Source of the DNA: Antedon mediterranea
Lineage: Eukaryota; Animalia; Echinodermata
NCBI RefSeq assembly: GCF_964355755.1
Contig: NC_092672.1
Location: 27,534,437 to 27,598,436 of the forward strand
Length of the DNA: 64,000 nt
Direction: 5' to 3'
Shown: positions 24,801-36,800 of the stretch, one piece after another
Position numbering within the stretch: the first letter of the stretch is position 1
Layout of the letters: each line of letters opens with the position of its first letter
Notes under the pieces: model-generated
The model's database searches: none
What the model saw: only the letters and a program-made list of their open reading frames with translations
Told to the model about the DNA's origin: nothing
Made by a program: the position numbers and the translations under genes

Positions 24801-27800
24801 TGGTGTCCATTTGTTCAGGTTGACTAAATCCTAGTGTACACGCCAACAAACTCCCTTTCTACATTTGTGAAACATAACTAATCACACACCAAGATTTTTG
24901 GGAAAAACAATAGTAAAACAGTAGTACATCTATATTTTTAACATTCTTATATAATATATTAAGCTCTGTCTACACTATCAAACTTTGTGTGACAAAAACA
25001 TATGATGTGCCCATATACAGTATGGACATGATGACATCATATCACTACCATATTTGGGCACCTCACATTTTTTTTGTCCAACTAGTTTGATACATGATAG
25101 TATGGAAAGAGCTTTATTTTTGTGTTGTTCAAATTAGTGCTTTTGAGCTTTTTTTGAGATTTGTAAAAATGAATAAATTGAGCTTACAGCTTGTCGGCTT
25201 AGTTTCTGGAATGAGTATCGTAGTGAATCAACTCGTTCAATCTCTTCTCTTGGTACTGTCACTTGGAACTTCTGTAGTAAGCTGTATGCTTCCTGTATAA
25301 TTTAAATTCAAATACCATATTTTTATAATATTATATATATGTTATAGAGATTCAAAAATCCAAACAGTCAAGAGCCATCTGTGTTCCTAATAAGTTTCTT
25401 GGAATAAAGTTATTTTAAATGAAATTCTTTTAAAACAATTAATGTTAGTTTTAAAAGGGCAGTCAATTTGATTTTGTGATTTGGGAATGTTTCCACAAAG
25501 GGATTCTATGTAATTTTGAGTTGTGAGATTCCCAAAACAAATTATCATCAAATCTGCCTACCTAATAATATGACCATGCATGCACAGTATGGTGGTTCTT
25601 ACGGTTCTTATAGTAAAGATCTTTTTAATAAAAAAAAAAACGCAGAACGCCCTTTTAGTAAAAAACGAACCTCAATTGGACTAAGTGTCATGTCAATTCT
25701 TATCTCATTCATTCTGATATCACGAAGTGCTGCCATAGCATCTCTGACATCATCAAGATCATTGATTTGTCTTCCTAGTCTTTTAGAATAATCCATTACA
25801 AAGTTGGCAATGTCATCCATCTTGGCTAAGAACTCATGGTTCAAGCTCTTTCCAAACATGGTCTTCCATGCTTTTGCCTCTATCATCAATGCCATCTTGA
25901 TGGGCTCTAGAAATTATTACAATCAATTTGGTTTATTTTTTAAAGCAAGTCTCATACAAGGGTTACAGTAAGAGGCACTGACAAGAATTTAAACCACATA
26001 CCTTGGGATTGGTAATCTAAAATGTTAACCAACTGTTGAGGTGAATATTAAATGTTGTTATTTTATATAAAAACCTATCTCTTACCAGTAGTGAGTTCAA
26101 TACAACCGACTCTAACTTTAGGATCCAGTTCATCAATGCAGTACTCTAAATCTTGGTAATGAAGAATCTCTGCTTTCCATTCTGACAGAATTGGCTCAGT
26201 TTTCAGAAAACTCTATAATAAAGCACCCGACTGTATTGCATTATGACATAAAATGACACTAGTCTGTACAATTTGGGCTCCTCAACCTTTCTATAAAGTC
26301 TTAAATGTCCCATTTCTTTTCTATTAGTAATCTTTTGATTTTGCTTTTTAGGCACCTACGATCTAAAAATATTGAACCATTGGTTGTTGTCTGAACCTAG
26401 AATCCACAAAACTGTGTCAAGGAATTAAGTTAAGAAGCCCATACGTATGCCCTCACATGCGCACAATGAATTAACACAACATAACTATATGTTGTACATC
26501 GAAAGCTCCTTATTTCAATACCCACAACATCTTTTGAGAAACTCTGTACACAACCTAGGCATCCAGGCTTTGATTGTATGTGTTCTTTAAACAAATAAAT
26601 GTACTATTAACCATTAATAAAACAATTACAGAAACTCTGGTATTGTTACCACAATGAAAAGAATAAAATAAAATCATACATCAACTGATTCTTTCCTGTC
26701 TTGTTCCCAAAGAAATTGGTAATTGGTGAAGATCTCAATAGAATCCTGTACAATAGGTCTTGTTTGAGTGATAGCATTACTTAGCATCATTATCAACTTC
26801 AAGATATCTTTATGCTCTGTAATGCTCTTGTAATAATTCCTCAGAGTGTTGGCTGCGATAAGTGTTGGTTTTGAATCTACAAGTACAACGTAACAATACA
26901 TTTATTTATGTTACTGTATTATATACAGTAGGCCTACCTGTTAATACGGCTTTACCGTATCGGTTCTCATCAGATCACCAAAGGTAAGCAACATTGGGCC
27001 TGGTTAGAGCTTGGATAGGAGACCATCTGGGAATATTGGTGCTGTATATGGAGCTTCGGGTCCCATTAAGCATTTGAAATAAGCACTGCTGACTCTTTTC
27101 TTATGGCAGCCCCTGCATCTAGAGTCTGCCTCACAACATATTAGCCCATATCTTTCCTCTGGTCAAGGTAGGCACTGGACGAGAGAAGCCCCTGATAAAT
27201 GATAGGACTAATCAAGGTGCTTTAAATCGTCCTGGCTTAGTTTCATTCATCATTTAGATGAATGTAAAACTAATTGATATTGTTGCTTGTGACAGACGTC
27301 AGCAATATTTAACCTAAAAGACCTACAGTACCTGTACCCACAGGATTCAATTAAAAGGCTTAATATGACAGACCCGCAGAGATTGGGTGAATTATAGTAA
27401 GTAGATCAAATAACTGTGATACATTACAGACAAAGTCGAACAAATTTGAAAATTTAAATCATGTATATAATACAGTAACATAAATAAATGCAAAAAACCA
27501 AAAACTAATTTTACATTTTATTCTGTTTTAAAAATTGACAAATATTTAGGATTTCATGATATAAACAGTGCATATTAAGTAGGAAACAAGTTTAAAGATG
27601 TTTTGCTTACTGTGAGCATGATTAACCCCTCCAGATCTTCGATGTTGTTTATCAGTAGCCTTCTCTTTTGTAGCAGACGCCGTTTTGAATCTTTTCTGAC
27701 CCCACTGAGCAATATTTCGACTGACATCAAGTACAAAGTTTGTGACTTTATGCACTGAATGTTGAATATCATCTAAACTCGGCTGCATCACCTGTAACCA

Positions 27801-30800
27801 AACAGTTTCTGAGTTAATTAAGCATGTGGTTAATATGATTGCCTTCCAATCCCGAGGTTCAGGGTTTAATCCTAACCTAGTGCAATGGTTGTCACTCACT
27901 CTTTCAACTGCACTCTCTAAAGGCCAATTTACACAGACGAGTAATAGCGGTTACGGTAACCTGCTCAAGACTTAGTTTATAAGCACGATAAATATAACAC
28001 AGTAGTTGGATGAGTATAAAAATAATTGTATTGTTTGTTTATATTGTACATTAGTACAGTAGTAATTTGTTTCATTTTAAAATGTCCCTTGTGTGTTTCA
28101 AATGGGCCAGTGTAATTAACAATAATATAATAAACAAAAATAAAAACATCAACTTACCACATTGGGTATCTCAAGAGCCACTTGACCAAGGAAGAAAGGG
28201 TTATTTTGCTTGCGTGTTGTTCTGCCGGAGCCATACAATCTTGAACCACCACTAATGGATCTAAAAAGAAGTCAGAAAAATAATTATATTATTGATAACA
28301 TGAATGAATATAAAACACAGAACTTTCTGGTGTTAGTCTTTATATAATCTTGTTTTTTTTTTGGTTGATTGAATTAAATTGAAGTATATTGATTGATTGA
28401 ATAAAGTAGATTGGTTGATTGAAGTAGTTTGATTAAATGAAGCAGATTTGTTGATTGAAGTAGTTTGATTGAATGAAGCAGATTTGTTGATTGAAGTAGT
28501 TTGATTAAATGAAGCAGATTTGTTGATTAAATTAATTTGATTGAATAAAGTAGATTGAATTAAGTAGATTGGTTAAAGTAGATTGAATGAAGTTGATTGA
28601 TTGGTTGAAGTAGATTGGTTGATTGAAGTATATTTGTTGAATGAAGTAGATTAGTTGCTTCAAGTAGATTGGTTGATTGAAGTAGATTGATCGATTGATT
28701 AGTTGAAAGGTTGATTAGTAGATTGATTGAATGAAGTAGATTAGTTGATTAAAGTAGATTGGTTGATTGAAGTAGATTGCAGGCCCGTAGCCAGGGGGGG
28801 TTTTTATGGTTCGGGCGAACCCCCCCCCCTTTATAGCGAACCCCCCTTAACCAACTGCGAACCCCCATCCCCGACATGCCCAATACCTCACCCTCATCTC
28901 CAAAAATCCTCCAAATACGTGCCCCACAGTACAAACAGTTGTTTGTAAATTGAAAAATTTGTAAACTTGTTCGTGAACCTTCTTCTCTGTATGAGCGTCA
29001 ACTAGTGATACGTGTCTGTAAATTTCTAAAAGCTGCAAATGAATTGCCGATTTTAACCTGAAAAATAAATGTTTGGTCCCTGCATGTAACATGATATTGA
29101 CGCGTCTCATAGCGAGCTGGCGCACGAACGATTCGTACAAAGGACACCGCCAGACAACTGCGTACCTATAATTGTTTAGATCACTGGCAGTCAGGCAGCA
29201 TGCATAAAGTATATAGCCTTCCGACGTACATCAGTATTTATGTGTGACTATGAAGTAGGATATTTTACACTATAATATCTATGGTGTAGTTCACATTATG
29301 GCATCCGATTATTTTTTTCTAGACCACGCCGATACGTACTAAAATGTATCAATATCACCTATTTACATATTTATATTCATCAATAAATTGCTGTAAATAA
29401 ATATTATAGATAGAGCTAGCAAATAGCATTTGCCTTCACCCAGTGTGCTTTTTTCGGGGCTGCTCCTAGATATACGTTCGCATTGAACTTGAACGCAAAA
29501 CAAAATATGAAGTAATGATCAAACAATCGGCGGTTCCGCACAGAGCACGCGCATCTGACATACGGCAACAAAATAGTTATCGTCATTTAAATTATCGACG
29601 TGTTTGAGGAGGAAAAAAGTACGATCTTTTTGCTCATTGGTTATATAGCATGCTGCACGAGAGTGTCTTTTCCGGCCATCTAGGGGTGTCATTTAACAAA
29701 ATTCGCTTCGCATCAGGCTGGGGGAGGGGGGGTTGACCCAAATATTTAGTGTCCGAACCCCCCCTTGACAGATCCTGGCTACGGCCCTGGATTGGTTGAT
29801 TGAAGTAGATTGATCGATTGATTGGTTGAATGGTTGATTGAGGTAGATTGATTTAATGAGGTAAACAGGTTGATTGGTAATAAAAGTTACTTACGGTGAA
29901 AAGAAAACTCTCCTCTTGATTGCATCTAGTGAAAGCCTTGTGGCTTTTAGTATGGCTTCTAGATTACGTTGATTAAAGTGTAGAGTTAGTTCTTTACAGT
30001 CTTCTTGCAGCTGGTGTTCTTCTTCGATATTCTCTGCTATGATGGAGTTAGAATCTGAATCTGATCCAGAGGCTCCTTCATGTGCAGCAGCAATATATAA
30101 CATAATGAAATATCAAATACTGTAGTTGATGTTTTTATATTGAATTAAAAATTATGTTTTAATAGCAGCATGGGTGGAGAGGATATGTTCCTATTACAAT
30201 CATTACAATATGTTTAGTTCTATTAAATCTTATTTTTAACTTAGTAGGCCTATTTTTAGAAACTTCACAGATGCCATGTGTCTTCCTTTCTCCTCAAATA
30301 ATAATAATTGCCTTGCAAAATTTATATTTACAAAATATGTACTACTGTAGGCCTTCACTATATATTTGTCTAACCTTCTTCATCAACTGGCTCTTCAACT
30401 TGATCTGGTGTTGACCGATTGTAACATTCCCCAAATCCTGCCTTGTGAGCTTTGTCTATAAAGACATTGATCAGCTCTGTAACAGAGTCTTCAATTCTCA
30501 TACTCATCTTGTACAGCTCAGCAGCTGAGCTTTCACACAGTTTCTAAAACCAAACAAAAATAGTTTAATGACAAAAAGAAAGATCAATGTTTTGGAACCA
30601 TCTTGGAATGATTTCTAACATCAAATATCATATTAATTTGAATAAACATCCCAGGTGGTTGATCCGAGGGAGGCGTTCAATTTAAGGGTGTAATATGGTA
30701 ACATGTATAATCAAATACATTCTCCCAAAATATATGAAAAAAAAACATAAAATGTTTGGTCAATTGTAGATTATGAAGTCAACAAATTCTACTAAAAATA

Positions 30801-33800
30801 GAAATGTGTTATAATACAATATTGAGTGTATAATATAATATAATGAGGGCGTGTGGCGCAGTGTGTTGGACGTTGGACTACCGATCGTCAGACCTAGGTT
30901 CGAATCCAACTCTCGCCGCATTGCTTGTATCCGTAGGCAATATACTTTACTTAAGTTTGCCTCTCTCCACCCAGGTGTATAAATGGGTACCCAGTTAGAT
31001 CTAGACACAACTTTGCACTGGTTACCGGCTGCATTATGGGAGTATGTTTCCATACGTGTTTGATCCCAAAAAATACTGGGGTAATAATGCTTGTAAAGCG
31101 CCTTTGAGCATGATTACTCATGAAAAGGGCGCTATATAAATGTGGTATTATTATTATAATGCATGTGGAGGGGAGTTTATTTGAGGAAAAAATTAAGATC
31201 CTGGGGTTTTTATTCAAAGGAAGTGGGGCGTTTATTCAAACAAATTTGTTTAAAAAAATATATATTTGTATCATACTGTAGTACAATAAGTTACAGGAAA
31301 TGTAGCTAATGAAGGTTAATTAAATAATTAGCACATATTCTTTAAATACACATTTTTTTTGTATAGAATCGAATTGTTTATTGAGTGTATATGGCCACCT
31401 ACACTCAATATTAATTGCCAATAGGCAAATTTACATTATTTCTCAATGACGCAATACATATCTCACTTTGGCATTGTGGAGAAGTATTCAAATTCCAGAA
31501 TAAGCCTAGATTTTATCTTGGATTAGTCTTTCACTTAAAATTATATAAATGAATAATTAATATATTAGAAGAACAAAAAAAATTGAATATGATGTTAGCA
31601 TGTATTTGAATTGATTCTATAAATAAAACCCTATTGGATGCTACTGTGCGTCAATTAGAATGACCATAAAGATTACCTGATTTCTTGAGCAAAATTCTTC
31701 TACAGTCCATGGCTTATCAGATGGAAGATCACAAAGGATCATTGAGCCCATTTCATCAAGTAGAGAATCAATACGGGCTTCACGAATGTCATTTACCTGT
31801 AAAAGAACATGATTTAGTGACAATTTAAGATTATATTACATTGATATACACCAGATTTTCTGGAAAACCAGACATATGCCAACTCAGGGGTATCTGAGTT
31901 TGTCAATGTGCACCACTGAATAATGTATCTTCAGTGGTCGAGTGCCACCAAATAAATTATTATTATGTAAGCATGCTTCAATAGGAATTGTTTATCTATT
32001 TATCAGTAGGAGGGGCAATGCCCTACTGCTTGGCTTTGTTATTGGTGCTTACTTTCTGTGATGCTAATTGTTATTCATCTTGGTTCAATTATGCATTGTT
32101 TAGCTTTGTGTTTTGTTGTTGATAGTATGTTTCTTATTTCACAAAATGTCAAGCACTGCCTACTTCATGATTACTTGCATTAATATATGTTTGTTTTCTG
32201 ACAGACCATGCCTATTGCTTTTCATGACAATCGACGTCACAAAAGCTTATTAAACTTTTATCTGCATCTTGAACAGGCCGGAATATTACATACATATATA
32301 AATAAATATTCCCTTTCAGTTGAGTGCTGAATTTTTAAATTATAATGCTTAAGCCTTAAGTTCTGTCTTACTTTACTATCAAACTTTATGTGACAAAAAA
32401 ATGTGATGTGTCCATGCATGGACTACCATATTTGGGCATATCACTACCATATATGGGCACAACTTTTTTCATAAAACTAGTTTGATACTGTAGACTGAGC
32501 TTTACACTAAATTATTATTGCAATGTATGTGGGTGCCCTTTTTTTTAATTCTGGGAAAAAAAATGTTTCTAAAAAGAATTTAAACATTTTAAAGAATTTG
32601 TCTTTGATTTTATCTTTGACCTACCAGTTCAATTGAAATACCAAATCATTCAGACTATCATTATAAACACAGTATTTAGAAATGTTAAGGGTTAAAATAC
32701 ATAATAGTAATAGAAGTACAGTACCTCTTTTACCAACAATGCTAAGTCTTTCAGAGCCTTCCTGATGCTGTGAAAATAGGTTTCAATGTTAAGAGATGTC
32801 CAAGTAAGAACGGCAAGGCCTGGTTGCATGATCAAGTCTACTTTCTTTAAATGTGGGGCCATGACGGCTTGAAATATGGTTGGAATTTTAGCACGTAAAG
32901 AGTCATTCTCTTCCTTGAGCGTCTACAAGTAAAATATAATTTTTTTTATTAAAATATTGTACCATCAATAATTATTAATCTATATATAAATTTACGTAAG
33001 GGCAAAATTCGGTAAATCTCGGTTTATTTCTAGAATTTTTACTCGATGGTATATAAAGTTGGTTCATACTTTCGGTACTGATTTTAACCATCTGATGTAA
33101 CCCTGTTTACTAATTAAATTGAGTTAGGTAATTAGTTATTAACGATTAAAACGAATTTAGGTTCAACGATTTGCCCCAAATAGGGGTGTTTTCCGATCGT
33201 GGTATACACTGTCTAATGGATGTCCATCTTGAAAAATACCCGCCACAAAAATACGAGGAGGCTTCGCATTTTCCTATCTCCTCCTACGATGATTGTTTTT
33301 AATAGCTGAAAACTGGTTGAACAGCTAGAGTACAGCATCATAATGTTGAAGACAGGCCGATTTTCTTAAAAAAATACTATTTTGATAGATTTAATATACG
33401 ATTATACAAATGTATTGATTTGCGATGAATGGAACATTCCAATCTCTGTTTCACAAGTGTCTATTCCCTCAGGCGTCGTAAAGGCAAGTACAGTACTGTA
33501 TACTCGAAATTCGATCCATTTTTGTTTTCAATCTGTGCTGCAGAGGTTGGATATAATTTTTTTTAAACGGATAATGAGCTAGCGTTTTCACTCGCCGTAT
33601 ATTATGTACAAATCTTTATTATTGCATTTAAACCACCCACATCATCACCTTTCCCTCACTGGCATGAGTAGCGTTGTAAAACCAGTAGAGAATAGGCCTA
33701 CGGTACATCACATGCCCTAAACGCAGAACAACTTTGGTGGGTAGGGTAGGAACCAACTTAAGTATGAATTGGCTCTAAGAAACAATTGAAAACCATTAGG

Positions 33801-36800
33801 CCTACTAATTAAGTTGAGTTAATAGATAATTTAATATTTATTGACGATTAAATCGAATTTATGATTTTCCCCGAATAGAGGTGGTTTTCACAAATTGTTT
33901 TACATTATATTATAAACATATAGGCCTACACGTAGTAGTGATGTATCGTTACATGTGCTGTACTATTTCAATCGACTAGGACGGTGATAGTTTCAACAAA
34001 GTATTACATCGCAATGTTTTACTGTGTTTAGTGGTATATTATTTGTAAAACATGAAAGCAATTAATATTTCGTTACTAAATGGATAAAGAATATATTTTA
34101 ACATTGTTCCTCTTTGCACCCATCCTCTTCCCCATTCCTCAACCCTAATGTTACATACAAAACACAAATTAAGTTTGTTTAAATTTGACTTAAACAATTG
34201 GTCTTATTTTGTGACAAGTTTCTCTTTCGGAAGTAATAGGGTGCTAATTTTAGTTGAGTACATAAATCACAGTGTCTATTTATTCGTTCCTTTAAACGAC
34301 ATGTATTATTGTCCTGCGGTACGTACATTTGAAATCGCCAGTTTTTTAACGCTGAAATTATTATGTATTCGAGAACCATCTGTGGGCACGACCTAGATGG
34401 TACGCGAGCGAAGCGAGCGTACCATCTAGTAAACAACAATTCATATTAATAGGGAAAACTAGATTTGTTTCCAGCGCACTACTGTACATAATCAAAAACA
34501 TTGTCATTTTAACATGATTTAAACCCTAATCTGGAATTTGTTTATGAAACTTCTTCTGTAATTGCTCTATATACCTCCAAATAATTATTATATTACATTT
34601 ACACATCTGTTACGGAACAAGACAAGGAGGCCCAGAAAATCGGGAAGACCATCTATCACCATATTTACTGTGCAGAATCTAATGCATGTTGCACCATGAT
34701 TTCCTCCATGGTCGCACATACTACAGTAAGTATTTAAGTAAGTAGTAGTTATGCCCCATTCAAATACCCTAGGCTGGGCCTAAACCAAACAAAATAGGCA
34801 AAACCTCTTCATCCCTGCCTTTGACAAAACCTGTCTGGTGTAGGCCTACAGCAGCAACATGCTTGTTTGGAATATTTCTATACCTTTAATGTCTCACAGT
34901 TCTTTCTGAGTTTTTCTTGCGACAGACAGAGTACATTAGCGGCAGTTGGCACTTCTAAATCAAGCTTTCGCATGCATTCTGCTTCTCTGATCACTTGCAG
35001 AAGCATCGGATCAAAGTTCACAAGAAGTACGTTCGTTTCTGGATGTCTTACTAACAGAGATGCCTGTAACCCTAAGAAATTAAATATATATTTCACTATA
35101 CTGATGTTGAGTAGGAAATAAAGGTCATTGATCGTTGATTGACAATTCAATTCTCATGCTCACTATTTGTTTTAACATACCTAATAGAGTAATGTTTTAT
35201 ATAATAGGGAGTTTTCGCAACCTTACGAATACGATAACGAAAACGGATACGTCACACATTTGTGACACTTTTGAGCTGATCCCCATTTCATATTCGTAAG
35301 GCGTATTCGTGTTGACGAATATCACCAGTCATATTCGTAACTACAAAACGAGTATAGTTTTTGATCTATTTTGCAAATTTTGCATTTGAATCAGGAATGA
35401 TTCATGATTATAATATAATTATACTTTTAGTGAAAGTAATTTACTAAAAGTAATTTACTAAAATGCCAGGTCAATTTTGATAAATAGCAGTTTTTAAAGT
35501 CCTTACTCGCTTTGGTGTTACCATGGAGGTATACCTCCATGGTGTTACGCTAGGCCTAGGCAGCCAAGCACCAAAGCAACACGTACCTGCGCTTCGCTCA
35601 AATTTACCGCAGTCATATTTTGGACGGCGCCCTCAATATTTCGTTGCCATGCAAAACAAATTTTTACTGGCTTACGAAAAACGAATACGTGTGCGTATCC
35701 GTTTTCGTATTCGTAAGATTGCGAAAACCTAATTAAGCAGTTTCTATCTTGAATTCTAAAAAACCTATGCCCTGTAAAAGTTTGAAAGTCAGATATTGGC
35801 CGTGCAAACAGATCAATAATAATAAATGGCGCACTCTACAAGTGATTTTTTCGGTCGATTGTCAATCTTAGAAGAAAATAATACATGACACAATGATAGA
35901 AAATCTATCAAATGGCAAGGATATTAAATGTGTTATAAAGTGTAATAATGCTACATAAGTCTGATACCTATCTTGACGACATCAACTTGTTTCACCCATG
36001 CTCTATGATACAGTAACTCAAACTCCATCAGAACAGATGCCATTCTATTGTAGTTGCGAATAATGCGTTTAGCCTCAGGAGTCTTCATAACATTTGCTTC
36101 AGTCTATAACAAAATAATGTTTACTAATGCTATTCTACAACAAGAAATACATTTCTTTACAAAGCTAACTATTTATGATATAAAGAGCAGGATCATGATG
36201 ATTGACAGTAATAATAATAATAATAATAATAATAATGTTGTCTAGGGTAACTTTTGTATAGATATTTTGTACTTTTTAATCTTCACGTTGTTTTTAATGT
36301 TGTAATTTTGTATTTTATTGTTGGATGATTATATTTTGCTTTGGAGACCCACTTGATAGTTTGATTTAGTTCGCTTTTGGGAATCCTGTCTCTCTCTATT
36401 GTTTGTTATTTTTTGTTATAATTATGTGAGACAAAATAAATGAAATGAAATCATAATTTCATTTTCATCATAGATCTTTTCAACAAGAAATCTGCATGAT
36501 AAAAGATTCTTTTTGTTTGATCATAAAAGCATTTTAATCTATCAAAATGGTAGACCTCTACAAAAACCTTGTTAAGTTATCATATTCTTAAATGATTTAA
36601 ATATAGAATAAATAAAATAAAACCACAATTCTTGATATGCTTTCTCCAGTATGTAACAAAACACACCTTCTTTCATTCCCTGATATGGAGCATGAATCTA
36701 GCTTTAACATTGTAATTCTTACTTTGATAACATCCATTGGTTGCTGTATTCTTCTGAAGAGTTGTCTAGCCCATGAGATCTTGCCTGAAACAGGTGGCAT

